From positions 285,969 to 349,968 of the forward strand of contig VMGB01000001.1 in assembly GCA_007376295.1 (NCBI GenBank): a stretch of DNA of 64,000 bases. Direction: 5' to 3'. The position numbers and the translations under genes were made by a program. Shown one piece after another: positions 31,384-40,614 of the stretch; positions within the stretch are counted from its first letter, which is position 1, and each line of letters begins with the position of its first letter. This DNA comes from Parcubacteria group bacterium Gr01-1014_13. Lineage in GTDB: Bacteria > Patescibacteriota > Patescibacteriia > Magasanikbacterales > GWA2-37-8. The notes below the pieces were generated by a model. That model was given only the letters and a program-made list of their open reading frames with translations. It was not told where the DNA came from and did not search any database.

Positions 31384-31454
31384 TCCGAGGTGGTCTAATG
31401 GTAGGACAGCAGACTCTGAATCTGCTTATCTTGGTTCGAATCCAAGCCTCGGAA
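31384..31454 (+). tRNA. tRNA-Gln(CTG)
   Basis: Acceptor TCCGAGG/CCTCGGA, anticodon stem GCAGA/TCTGC with loop CTCTGAA, T-arm CTTGG-TTCGAAT-CCAAG. CCA not encoded. Confidence 0.75.
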
Positions 31455-31619
31455 CAATGAAGAAATCTGCGCTCAAGTCAGCGAAAGCTGACCTCATGTT
31501 AATTTATTTTTTCCTGCTTTGCAAAATTGGGTGTGGATAAACATTAAAACCATGTTTAAAACACGCTGAATGAGCGCCGCGGTGGTCAAAACGATGCTAA
31601 GTTCCCTGCTTTAGACACT

Positions 31620-31647
31620 AAAAAACACCCGGTTATGGGTGTTTTTA
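31620..31647. terminator. Terminator downstream of fic (ACACCC-GGTTAT-GGGTGT + T-run)
   Basis: Hairpin flanked by A5/T5. Confidence 0.55.
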
Positions 31648-31656
31648 GTAAACAAT

Positions 31657-33009
31657 TTACTGCTTGAAAAGTTTCTCTATCTTCTTATTTGCAAAATAAT
31701 GAAGTTTTCTACCAACCTGTTTAATATCCAAAAAACCTAGGGCAGCAAGCTTCTTTAAATCTTGAGTGGCAGTTTTACGTGTTATCTGATTAATACTTGA
31801 ATGAATCTTAATTGAAGTCCTTGCTTCTGAATCACCATGTAAGTACTGCAACAAACGAATTTGACGATCGTTTAAATCATAATTAGTTCGTACAACTTTG
31901 TTCATTACTTTATTAGCTTCAGTTTGCTCATGAAGATAGGTCTTAAACTCTTTCACTGCCATTTTAATTTTTGCAATATTGTAATCAATAAAATAAGTTA
32001 AATCATTATCGTCTTGTTCAGAATAAACATAAGCCATCGAATACTGTTTGGGTGATTTTTTTATAATCTTTGAAATCGGCAAATATGCAAAGGCCCAGTA
32101 CCCATTCTTTAACAAATACCAATAAAATAATAAACGCGCTAATCGCCCATTTCCATCTGTAAATGGATGTAGATAAGCTATCCAGAAGTGAATCATTATA
32201 GCCTTTACAATAGGGTGTATGAATGAATCGTCTAACTCATCGTTAGCAAATTTTACAAATCGTTCTAACTCTTCCTTTACAAAATCAATATCAGGTGCTT
32301 TGTGATAAATAATCCCTGTAGTTCTATCCACTACAAAAATATCCTCGCCCTTATTACGCAAACGTGGGACCTCACCTTCAGGAGTTAGAGTGTCTTTGGT
32401 GATGGACCCATGAAGTTCATATAATAAACTAAGGCTCATTTTTTTATCTTTATAACCATCTTCAATGGCTTTCATTGAAAGATAATTATTCAAGATCATT
32501 TTTTCTGATTCATTTCGTGGTTTTCTTCCTTCTCGCAAAAATTGTTTTGCTAATCTTCTACTAGTACTAGCTCCTTCAAGCTGAGAAGAGGCTATCGCTT
32601 CTTCCATAACACCTCTAGAAATTAATTTTTGTTTTGTTGCTTTATCGAAATCAGATTTCAAAACAAAAAGCTCGCCTCCTGTATTCATATCTACTTCGTG
32701 GAAGAATTTTTCTAATTGTGGTAATTTTAACCACGTAAAAAAACCACCCTTCTCATTCTTTATGATGGTATTTATTGATGTGATATGTCGCATCATTTTG
32801 ACTGTCTGCCAAAGCTCCTCTTTAGTAAGGTCTTTATTAGGCAGTGGTTCTTTATATTTAACTTTATCCCAAAACAAATAATCGGGCTCATTTAAACTAT
32901 CAATGAAACCGCGCAACTTTTGCCCTTCTGAATTAAAGAGGGCTTCCGTTACTTTTTTAACATCTATGTTCTTTAAATTTGGCTTATCTAAGCTAAAATA
33001 CTCTGACAT
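31657..33009 (-). CDS. Fic-family protein (AMPylation/phosphocholination type) with an N-terminal inhibitory SxxxEG motif and a C-terminal winged-helix DNA-binding domain
   Basis: HPFTDGNGRLARLL Fic motif, ASSQLEGAS inhibitory motif, C-terminal HTH (SINQITRKTATQDLKKLAALGFLD). 450 aa. Confidence 0.85.
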   Translation of the reverse strand: MSEYFSLDKPNLKNIDVKKVTEALFNSEGQKLRGFIDSLNEPDYLFWDKVKYKEPLPNKDLTKEELWQTVKMMRHITSINTIIKNEKGGFFTWLKLPQLEKFFHEVDMNTGGELFVLKSDFDKATKQKLISRGVMEEAIASSQLEGASTSRRLAKQFLREGRKPRNESEKMILNNYLSMKAIEDGYKDKKMSLSLLYELHGSITKDTLTPEGEVPRLRNKGEDIFVVDRTTGIIYHKAPDIDFVKEELERFVKFANDELDDSFIHPIVKAIMIHFWIAYLHPFTDGNGRLARLLFYWYLLKNGYWAFAYLPISKIIKKSPKQYSMAYVYSEQDDNDLTYFIDYNIAKIKMAVKEFKTYLHEQTEANKVMNKVVRTNYDLNDRQIRLLQYLHGDSEARTSIKIHSSINQITRKTATQDLKKLAALGFLDIKQVGRKLHYFANKKIEKLFKQ

Positions 33010-33011
33010 AT

Positions 33012-33103
33012 TGGGTAATTACACATTAATTATACATATATTACACATATCCTATATATTTGTCAAATTATGGGTAATTACCCATTAATTATACATATAT
33101 TAT
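33012..33103. promoter_or_regulatory. Two 33-bp direct repeats (TGGGTAATTAC[A/C]CATTAATTATACATATATTA) 59 bp apart in the fic upstream region, each containing the palindrome GGGTAATTACCC. Candidate operator and promoter
   Basis: Repeat units at 33012-33044 and 33071-33103. The second holds the perfect 14-bp palindrome TGGGTAATTACCCA. The region is AT-rich and −10-like. Confidence 0.45.
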
Positions 33104-33270
33104 ACCATAATATTTTTAATCCATCCATGGCGCCTTCTGGGCATCTAAAGTCCCTTTTCTTGTCCAAAAACCCTAAAAACCCCAAAATCATTTTGGCTAA
33201 TCTTAGCGCAACATAGACACTGTTCCGGTCCTTCGAATCCAAACCTCGGAACAATTAAATTAAACTTGAA

Positions 33271-33723
33271 TTACTCAACTGGAATATCAAAATGGTAAAC
33301 ATCTTCTTTTGTCCCCAAAGACTTATATAGCTTTATGGCTGGCATATCACCGTGATCAGCCTGAACAAAAATTATATAGGCACCCCGCTCTTTAGCGATT
33401 TGTTTAAGATTTTTTATTAATTGAGTAGCCAGCCCTTTCCGACGATGAAGTTCTATGACTGCCAAATCATAAATATATATTTCTTTTCTTTTTTGTTCAA
33501 ATTTTTCTAATTCATAGGCAACTAAGCCACCCACAACTTCATTTTCGTATAAAGCCGCCAAAACAATAAAATTAGACTTACCCAACAACGATACTAGGTA
33601 CTGATCGTCGGGAACAGACCTTTGATACGTTTCTACGTCCTGAAATGCTTCACCAAAAACTTTAAGCAGTTGCTTAAAATGGTTTAAATCAGTATTGCTA
33701 AGTTGCTTAAAAGAATAAGTCAT
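33271..33723 (-). CDS. GNAT-family N-acetyltransferase
   Basis: Acetyl-CoA binding motif RRKGLATQLIKNLKQIAKERGA. 150 aa. Confidence 0.7.
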   Translation of the reverse strand: MTYSFKQLSNTDLNHFKQLLKVFGEAFQDVETYQRSVPDDQYLVSLLGKSNFIVLAALYENEVVGGLVAYELEKFEQKRKEIYIYDLAVIELHRRKGLATQLIKNLKQIAKERGAYIIFVQADHGDMPAIKLYKSLGTKEDVYHFDIPVE

Positions 33724-33729
33724 TGGTAT

Positions 33730-34485
33730 TTAAACCTTCCTCCCCTCCAAAAATAAAAACAAAGGAAATTCTTTTCTAGCTTTGTCTTCGGCTGTAAAAC
33801 GCGGACCGCGAGTTGGTTCGCGATGCGAAATCCATTCTTCCAGTTTGGCTACGGCAAAACCATTTTTTCGAAGCATTTTAAAATACCATTGTAGTGAACG
33901 GTGAAAAGAAACTGTCTTTTCTGATTTCTTTTTTCCTGGATGCATATCTATTTCTGTTTGAAATTCAGATAAATATGCGTCCATGCGACGGTGCTGAACT
34001 TTTTCCTTTTCATCCCATTGCCAACTGGAAACTTTTGGCGCTCGGAAGGCTGGATGATTGATTACTAAAAATATACTACCTGTATCTTTCAAAACTCTGG
34101 CACACTCAGCCAAAACACCATCCACATTTTTTATATTCTGCAAAGCTAAAATTATTGTAATTGCGTCCACAGATTTATCTGGGCAAAATTTAATACTGTC
34201 TGCCGGAGATACATGGTATTCCACATTTCTCGTTTCATGTTGTTTGGCTATCTTTATTAATTCAGGTGAAATATCTGAAGCAATAACTTTAGCCCCGCTT
34301 TGGCTAAAAATACGGGCAAAAAATCCTTGGCCGCAAGCCAAATCCAAAACAACTTGGTTTTTACCCAAATTCATAGACCGAACCAAGTTTGGCAAGATAA
34401 CTTTCTGCTGAAAAGAATCATCGTCTTTTTCTAGCATGTTATCGTACCAACTCGCCACTTTACCCCAAGAAGTTGCTTTTTTCAT
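33730..34485 (-). CDS. Class I SAM-dependent methyltransferase
   Basis: Motif I VLDLACGQGFF. Rossmann MTase fold. 251 aa. Confidence 0.7.
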   Translation of the reverse strand: MKKATSWGKVASWYDNMLEKDDDSFQQKVILPNLVRSMNLGKNQVVLDLACGQGFFARIFSQSGAKVIASDISPELIKIAKQHETRNVEYHVSPADSIKFCPDKSVDAITIILALQNIKNVDGVLAECARVLKDTGSIFLVINHPAFRAPKVSSWQWDEKEKVQHRRMDAYLSEFQTEIDMHPGKKKSEKTVSFHRSLQWYFKMLRKNGFAVAKLEEWISHREPTRGPRFTAEDKARKEFPLFLFLEGRKV

Positions 34486-34565
34486 GCGTGTAGTTTAGCG
34501 AAAAAGAGGCGTTTGGTCAACCGGCCAGACTTGCAAAATAAGGGAAAAAGTGATAGTATTTCGGT

Positions 34566-35417
34566 ATGTCAAATATTATAGACGGCAAAACTATTGCAGC
34601 AAAGATAGAAAATGAGACCGCCAAACAGGTGGCTATTTTGAAAACCAAAGGTATTACGCCTAAACTGGCCGTTGTTTTGGTGGGCGAAGACAGACCATCA
34701 AGAATTTACATAAAAAGAAAAAAAGAAGCGGCGCAGCGTGTGGGTATTAATTTTGAGCTGCACGAACTTCCCGAAAATATCTCTAAAGAAGGACTGATAG
34801 AAGCGGTAAACAAAATCCAGACAGACCCCCTGCTCACAGGGCTAATAATCCAGCTTCCCTTACCTGAACATCTTTATGTACCAGAAGTTCTTAATGCAAT
34901 AAACACTGATATAGATGTAGATTGTTTGACCGACTGCAATATTGGCAAACTGGTAATGAAGACGAATCTAATAGAACCACCTACTCCTTGGGCAGTAGTG
35001 AAAACTTTAAAAGAAATTAATTTTGATTTAACTGGAAAAAACGCGGTAATTATCGGCGCTGGCGCGCTGGTTGGAAAACCGCTGGCCATAATGCTGGTAA
35101 ACGAGCTGGCGAGTGTCACCACCTGCAATAGCCGCACCAAAGATATAAAAGATAAATGCTTAAAAGCTGATGTGATTGTTTGCGCTGTAGGCAAGAATAA
35201 CCTGCTTACTGCCGATATGGTAAAAAAAGGAACAGTCGTGATAGACACCGGCATAGTTTATACTGATGGCAAAATGCATGGTGATGTTGATTTTATACCA
35301 GTTTCCAAAAAAGCTAGCTTCATTACCCCTACTCCGGGCGGTATCGGCCCTATCACTGTAGCTAAACTTCTTCTAAATACAGTGATTTGCGCGGAAAAGA
35401 AAAACAGGATACTATAA
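34566..35417 (+). CDS. folD: Bifunctional methylene-THF dehydrogenase/methenyl-THF cyclohydrolase
   Basis: Typical FolD N-terminus IIDGKTIA, NAD(P) site GAGALVGKP, C-terminal TPTPGGIGPIT. Confidence 0.9.
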   Translation: MSNIIDGKTIAAKIENETAKQVAILKTKGITPKLAVVLVGEDRPSRIYIKRKKEAAQRVGINFELHELPENISKEGLIEAVNKIQTDPLLTGLIIQLPLPEHLYVPEVLNAINTDIDVDCLTDCNIGKLVMKTNLIEPPTPWAVVKTLKEINFDLTGKNAVIIGAGALVGKPLAIMLVNELASVTTCNSRTKDIKDKCLKADVIVCAVGKNNLLTADMVKKGTVVIDTGIVYTDGKMHGDVDFIPVSKKASFITPTPGGIGPITVAKLLLNTVICAEKKNRIL

Positions 35418-35457
35418 CTATATACACAATTTTCTTCTTTAACCTCAAACAAGGGAG

Positions 35458-35646
35458 GTGGTCATGACGGCGTACGACTTGCCTTCTTCTTGTTCTAAGA
35501 AAGACTGTGATGGTGAGCTTGTTTTCATTGATGGCAACAATGTACAAACTCGCTTAAAATGCAATGAGTGTGGCCGGCTACACACTCTAAGAGTATCTCG
35601 TTTGGAATATTTCAAACTTTTGGCAGAACAAGAAAAATTGCTTTAG
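35458..35646 (+). CDS. Small zinc-ribbon protein (C-x4-C ... CNECG)
   Basis: 62-aa ORF preceded by GGGAGGTGG Shine-Dalgarno sequence. Confidence 0.45.
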   Translation: MVMTAYDLPSSCSKKDCDGELVFIDGNNVQTRLKCNECGRLHTLRVSRLEYFKLLAEQEKLL

Positions 35647-35669
35647 CCCGAAAGAAAAAGGAGTAAACC

Positions 35670-35843
35670 ATGAAGGCCAAAAATCCCGGCCCTCAGCTTA
35701 TGGATTGTGAAATATGCGGGAAAAAAACTGTTCATGATTTCTCTCTAGATTTAGACGAGAAGTTGAACAAACTGCGCACTTGGACCTGCCATCATTGCAA
35801 GAATCGTATTTCTACGCCTGATGGCAAATTCGAGCCAAATTAA
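35670..35843 (+). CDS. Small zinc-ribbon protein (CEICG ... CHHC), 57 aa. Below the ORF-track cut-off
   Basis: ATG at 35670 preceded by AAAGGAG. Hand translation MKAKNPGPQLMDCEICGKK...CHHCKNRISTPDGKFEPN. Confidence 0.45.
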   Translation: MKAKNPGPQLMDCEICGKKTVHDFSLDLDEKLNKLRTWTCHHCKNRISTPDGKFEPN

Positions 35844-35845
35844 AA

Positions 35846-35875
35846 GAGTTGACGGTTAATTTAAACCGTCAACTC
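35846..35875. terminator. Terminator (GAGTTGACGGTT-AATTTA-AACCGTCAACTC)
   Basis: Perfect 12-bp stem between convergent genes. Confidence 0.6.
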
Positions 35876-35888
35876 TAATATTTACAAA

Positions 35889-37298
35889 TTAAGCGTAAGG
35901 TAATTCCGCAGGAGGCGTTTCTTCTTCCTCTGCAGCTTCTGGCAGTGCTTCCTGAACTTTTCTGCGCAGCGGACTTTCAGTCATTTCTTCTATAGGTAAA
36001 TTAATAGGCGGCTCAGCTCTCTTGCTGGCTGTTTTTTGTAATAGCGGAGTTTTAACCAACGGCAATGGGAAGTGCCACAGAGTGGCCAGTTCCTGAATAT
36101 TTAAAATATATGGATTATGACCAATTTTAATTTTTCTTTTCTTGTACGCACTGACAAATTTTTTCTTTATTTCCAAAATACGGTAATTTTTAAATGCATA
36201 ATGCGCCGTGGTGGCTGCCACCGGGACAATAGCATTACGTCCTGCATAATCAAATTGATTTAGGGATCCGACAAAGCCATCCAAACAACGGCTAGGGTTA
36301 AATACCTCCTTAGGCGCGGCATACAAAACCCGGCATTTCGTTTTGAATCCAATTTTGGAAATTTTTTCTTCTATCGCCGCTATGGTATCCCTCACTCCAG
36401 GAGTTAAATCCGAGAGTTTGCCGGGCATTTCTTCTTTTTTCTTGGCCGGACCTTCTTCACTTGGTGACTGAACCGCCTTTAAAAGCTCGTTAAACAAACT
36501 ATTTAATAGTTTAAATAGAAAAAATGGCTGGGACGTATCCTTTTTATTTTCAATAATTTTTTTGACTAACTCTATACCATTAGCTTTCCATTTACTAGAG
36601 GTTGGTTCGATAATAATCTGAAACCAAAGATTTTCTCCGGTACTGATACGGGTAAAATTTTCTAATATAGAGGCCATGGGATCATGAAACATCGCGTCCT
36701 TGCTAATATTGTGTTCAAATTCCGAATAAGTTCGGATCGGATATGGATCCGGAGCAGCCAAACCAAACTCCAAACCAAACATTTCGTGTGTTTCGTTGGG
36801 ATATGCTGTGGGAATACCGTCGACATAATCCTCTACTTCGGTAATTTCAGCCATCGGATACTGAGCATAAACTGCCGCCTCTACTAAATCCCGGTAAGTA
36901 GCTTCGGTAAAAATTAAAAATTGAATATAGCCTTCGAGGCTGATAATTTCCAAACTAAACCATCTTTGTTTTACACCCTGCCAATACTTTTGACCAAAAT
37001 TTGGTTCGAAAAGCGCCCCGCTCAGGTGGGCAAAAATTTGTTCCACTGCTTTTGGACTTTGAATAGTGTCTGGAGGCACATCTACGGCCAGAACAACCCA
37101 TTCCCAATTGCTTGTATATTTGTTCTGCCGGAGATTTACCCAAAGCTGGGCCCCCATGAAAAAAAATATCAAAGCCAAAACAGCCCACCCGACAATAGCA
37201 AAAATTACCCAAGCCATTTGTCCGGTAGGAAGGGTGAGGATTGTGTTCCAAAAAGAAAAATCAACAATAATGCCAAATGGTAATTCGGTGCCCGGCAT
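35889..37298 (-). CDS. ATPase-less paralog of the N-terminal domain of the VirD4-like coupling protein (TM anchor + N-domain only)
   Basis: FSLEIISLEGYIQFLIFTEATYRDLVEAAVYAQYPMAEITEVEDYV aligns with FEIVVKDSKISFYVAVPDKTKGFVEQQIHAQYPHAEITEEPDYN of the 851-aa protein. ATLWHFPLPLVKTP aligns with ASLWHLPVPSTETP. No Walker motifs. Confidence 0.65.
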   Translation of the reverse strand: MPGTELPFGIIVDFSFWNTILTLPTGQMAWVIFAIVGWAVLALIFFFMGAQLWVNLRQNKYTSNWEWVVLAVDVPPDTIQSPKAVEQIFAHLSGALFEPNFGQKYWQGVKQRWFSLEIISLEGYIQFLIFTEATYRDLVEAAVYAQYPMAEITEVEDYVDGIPTAYPNETHEMFGLEFGLAAPDPYPIRTYSEFEHNISKDAMFHDPMASILENFTRISTGENLWFQIIIEPTSSKWKANGIELVKKIIENKKDTSQPFFLFKLLNSLFNELLKAVQSPSEEGPAKKKEEMPGKLSDLTPGVRDTIAAIEEKISKIGFKTKCRVLYAAPKEVFNPSRCLDGFVGSLNQFDYAGRNAIVPVAATTAHYAFKNYRILEIKKKFVSAYKKRKIKIGHNPYILNIQELATLWHFPLPLVKTPLLQKTASKRAEPPINLPIEEMTESPLRRKVQEALPEAAEEEETPPAELPYA

Positions 37299-37300
37299 AG

Positions 37301-37462
37301 TTACTTTTTAAGGATACTAAATACTCCGCCGTAAATTATCAGAACGCCAAATATCGTCCACCACCAACCAAATTGGCTGGAGATCCAACCGCTATAATAA
37401 GCGAAAGAACAAATAAGGGCGGCGCATAGCGCCACCATATGTCGAATAGCATTATCGGACAT
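37301..37462 (-). CDS. Small membrane protein (53 aa), directly upstream of and abutting the coupling-protein paralog
   Basis: Hand translation MSDNAIRHMVALCAALICSFAYYSGWISSQFGWWWTIFGVLIIYGGVFSILKK. Below the ORF-track cut-off. Confidence 0.4.
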   Translation of the reverse strand: MSDNAIRHMVALCAALICSFAYYSGWISSQFGWWWTIFGVLIIYGGVFSILKK

Positions 37463-37567
37463 AAATATTTTTTAAATCTAAATACTTGAACCTATTATAT
37501 CATATTAATCCCAAAAACAAAACCCACCTGTAAGGCGGGTTTTGTAATAAAATAAAGTATTTTTTGA

Positions 37568-38497
37568 TTAAGCTCGGTGACGTTCTTGCCATCTATAGAT
37601 CTGTACTAGTAGCGGGCTGGCAATAAATATGGAAGCAACTGTGCTAAGCGCCATGCCTAATATTAAAGCGAGGACGAAATAGTGAACTGTTGGCCCGCCA
37701 AAGAAATAAAGGGCAAACAAAGGCAACAGCACGGCAAAAACAGTGTTAATGGAGCGGGCTAAGGTTTCATTCAAACCAGTATTTACAAGCGCTGGAAAAT
37801 CATCCACGTTGTGTTTTAAGAGTCTTTCACGAATACGGTCATATACAACGATGCTATCATTTACAGAGTAGCCTAACACTGTCAAAATTGCTACTACAAA
37901 GGCTATATCCACCTCTACCCCCTTAAACCGACCAAGAGCCGCAAAAATACCCACAACAACTACCACGACATAAAAAAGAGTCGCGATAGCCACCAGACCA
38001 TATTTCCAGCTGGCAATGGGGTGCGAAACACTGCGAAACGCAAAAGCGAGATAAATAATAATACTTCCACTCACAAACAGAGCTGCCCATAATGAACGGT
38101 CCCGGAGTTGTTTACTCACCGCGCCTCCGATTGTTTCAAACCGATCCTCGATAACCTTGTTATCTTCAGTCTGGAAACTTTTTTCAACTCCTTTGATAAG
38201 CACCTGATGTTCGTCTTCAGACAAAAATCCGGTGCGTATAATCATTCTATTATCTTCACTTTTTTGAATCACAGCCTGCTTGATGCCAATTTTACCAAGC
38301 GCTTGTTCCATTTCTTCAGATGCAGGACGTTGCTTTGAAAAAGAAAGCTCAACAAGCGATCCGCCGGTAAAATCAATGCCCGGTTTTAATCCCCACATAA
38401 GGATCAGAACAATAGACACTGCGGTGGAAATAGCTCCGATAGCAAGCCAAACTTTGGAATATTTAATAAAAGGAATTTGCATACTATTTAATTTCAT
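37568..38497 (-). CDS. secF: Protein-export membrane protein SecF
   Basis: SecF six-TM topology and conserved loop. Start taken at MKLNSMQ, 14-nt overlap with secD. Confidence 0.8.
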   Translation of the reverse strand: MKLNSMQIPFIKYSKVWLAIGAISTAVSIVLILMWGLKPGIDFTGGSLVELSFSKQRPASEEMEQALGKIGIKQAVIQKSEDNRMIIRTGFLSEDEHQVLIKGVEKSFQTEDNKVIEDRFETIGGAVSKQLRDRSLWAALFVSGSIIIYLAFAFRSVSHPIASWKYGLVAIATLFYVVVVVVGIFAALGRFKGVEVDIAFVVAILTVLGYSVNDSIVVYDRIRERLLKHNVDDFPALVNTGLNETLARSINTVFAVLLPLFALYFFGGPTVHYFVLALILGMALSTVASIFIASPLLVQIYRWQERHRA

Positions 38498-40238
38498 TTT
38501 TAGTTTCTTGACGCGTATATCCCAAAATAAATATATTACCGCGTTCAGACAGCCAACCAAACACCAAGCGCATTATAGTTCGTGTTACGGTAATGGCGGT
38601 GAAAAGATTGATGAGTGTACCAAATGCCAAAACAGTGGCAAATCCCTGAATAAATCCGCTGCCAAACCAGATTAAAAACACACAGCTAATTAGAGCGGTA
38701 ATATGGCTATCACGAATAGACGGCCAGGCCCGCAAGAACGCTTCTTCCATGGCGACGCGAAGACTTTTACCAAGCCTTAATTCCTCCTTCAGACGTTCAA
38801 ATACCAACACGTTGGCATCAACAGCCATACCAATGGAAAGGATTAAACCGGCAATACCGGAAAGAGTAAGGGTAACGCCGAGAATTTTAAACAAAGCAAG
38901 GTTAAGCACCGCATACACGCCAAGAGAAAATACCGAAAGAAGCCCGGGCAAACGATAATAGAGAGTCATGAACATCATAACCAACAATAAGCCTACCAGA
39001 CCGGCTTTAAGGCTTTTTTGTAAAGAATCAGCACCTAAAGTGGCATCAACTTTTTGCTGGCTGATTAAATCAACCGGCACCGGCAAAGCACCGGAATTTA
39101 AACGTTGAGCCAAAAGTCTGGCTTCTTGTATCGAGAAACTGCCAGAAATTACCGCGCTACCGGTTAAGATAGGTTCATTGACCACTGGGATACTAACAGG
39201 TGTCCCGTCCAAAAATATAGCTACCGGCTTGCCAACATTACGTTTGGTTAAATCGGCAAACATCTGCGTGCCTTCGTCGTTAAATTGCAAAGCCACCTGC
39301 ACTTGTCCAGTGCGAGTATCTTGACTTACTTCTGTTCTTTTAAGTTGTTTGCCGGACAAACCGGAACTCTTCCACTGTTCAGCCGGAGGTACGATATCTA
39401 CAGGTCGTTTTGTTTTTATAAAAATTCTGGCGATATTATATATCTTGGTAGAAGTAACCGGTCCTTCCATATCCTGCGCGGAAATTCTTTTGATAATATT
39501 CAACCCATCAAAACTTTTGATTAATTCCTTGCTTACTTCGCCGTCTTTGTGAGTACTGGCCCATTTATAAAATTCAGGGAAAACTTTGTCATCGATAAAA
39601 CCTAAAACACCCGCATTCTTTTTACTTTGTTCTTCTTCAGAATATTCAGCTACCGCTGAGTCAAATGCCATACCTTTATTTACAGCCAGAATAGCAGCAT
39701 TTGCTTTGGTTTGCGCTTTAGCGTTAAACTCATTCAGTTCTTTTGTTTCCGCAGCTGTAAGGGGTCTTAGCGGTTTGTCATCCTCTTCTTTAAATTCTAA
39801 AATTGGAGTCTCACCAATCATTTTTATAGCCTGATTGACATCAGTAATACCTGGCAATTCCACAATTATTCGGTAATCATTATTAACCTTGGTTGTCTGC
39901 ACCAAAGGCTCAGAAACACCTAAGCCGCCTCGTACCCGGCGTTCAATGACATCGCGCACGCCTTCTACGGAGCTGGCTCTGTCGCTGTCAGGTATGGACT
40001 CAACTTTGGCTTGATAAATTAAGTGCGCGCCACCCTGTAAATCTAATCCTAAATTAAATCCAGATGCGGGAAAATTCGGCAGACCTAGATTTGCTTTTTT
40101 ATTTACCCAGTCGATGCCTTTGTTGGCATAAGTAGGAAATACCATTAACAAACAAAAAGCAGCTAATAAAAAAATAGAGAAAACGCGCCATTTTAATTTT
40201 TCTCTGGAAAGAGGTTTTATTTGTTTTCGTAAGGCCAT
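38484..40238 (-). CDS. secD: Protein-export membrane protein SecD
   Basis: Large periplasmic P1 domain plus six TM helices. Immediately upstream of secF. 584 aa. Confidence 0.85.
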   Translation of the reverse strand: MALRKQIKPLSREKLKWRVFSIFLLAAFCLLMVFPTYANKGIDWVNKKANLGLPNFPASGFNLGLDLQGGAHLIYQAKVESIPDSDRASSVEGVRDVIERRVRGGLGVSEPLVQTTKVNNDYRIIVELPGITDVNQAIKMIGETPILEFKEEDDKPLRPLTAAETKELNEFNAKAQTKANAAILAVNKGMAFDSAVAEYSEEEQSKKNAGVLGFIDDKVFPEFYKWASTHKDGEVSKELIKSFDGLNIIKRISAQDMEGPVTSTKIYNIARIFIKTKRPVDIVPPAEQWKSSGLSGKQLKRTEVSQDTRTGQVQVALQFNDEGTQMFADLTKRNVGKPVAIFLDGTPVSIPVVNEPILTGSAVISGSFSIQEARLLAQRLNSGALPVPVDLISQQKVDATLGADSLQKSLKAGLVGLLLVMMFMTLYYRLPGLLSVFSLGVYAVLNLALFKILGVTLTLSGIAGLILSIGMAVDANVLVFERLKEELRLGKSLRVAMEEAFLRAWPSIRDSHITALISCVFLIWFGSGFIQGFATVLAFGTLINLFTAITVTRTIMRLVFGWLSERGNIFILGYTRQETKNEIK

Positions 40239-40327
40239 ACTTATGAATCTTGAAGTGAATTATGCGTTAGGAAATTTGCTCTAATCTTAATGTATTTCTC
40301 TAATTTTGGCAAGGGGATAAAATAAGG

Positions 40328-40543
40328 CTATAAATCGCCAATATATTCAAACCGAGGCATTGTCTTGCCGTCTACTTCTACATTTTCGGTAAATACAGCC
40401 AGCGGACGCACCCATAAGCTATACTCACTTTTATAAAGCGGACGATATATTACCACATCTTCCAAAGTGGCTTCGATTTTACCAACACCAATTACTTCGT
40501 AATCCTTACCTTTATAATGTCTGTATTTTCCTGGTTTTAACAT
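40328..40543 (-). CDS. DUF1653-like small protein
   Basis: 71 aa with N-terminal GKYRHYKG pattern. Confidence 0.5.
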   Translation of the reverse strand: MLKPGKYRHYKGKDYEVIGVGKIEATLEDVVIYRPLYKSEYSLWVRPLAVFTENVEVDGKTMPRFEYIGDL

Positions 40544-40614
40544 ATATACACTTTACATTGACTAGCTGCGGTTAATTATATATTATTGATACAAACTCAA
40601 CAAGGAAAATTTCC

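Larger units (their letters stand above)
31455..33258. mobile_element. Putative remnant tRNA-Gln-associated integrated islet carrying only fic, bounded by a direct repeat of the tRNA 3' end
   Basis: TTCGAATCCAA(G/A)CCTCGGAACAAT occurs at 31434-31458 (the tRNA 3' end) and again at 33232-33256. No integrase is present. Confidence 0.4.

Noticed and set aside
33012-33103. Possible CRISPR-like repeats
   Set aside because: Only two repeat units are present, with no regular repeat-spacer array and no cas genes. I interpret them as operator and promoter repeats.
33227-33258. Possible second complete tRNA
   Set aside because: Only the 3' ~25 nt (part of the T-arm and the acceptor 3' strand) match tRNA-Gln. 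The upstream sequence cannot form D and anticodon arms. I interpret it as an att-like direct repeat.
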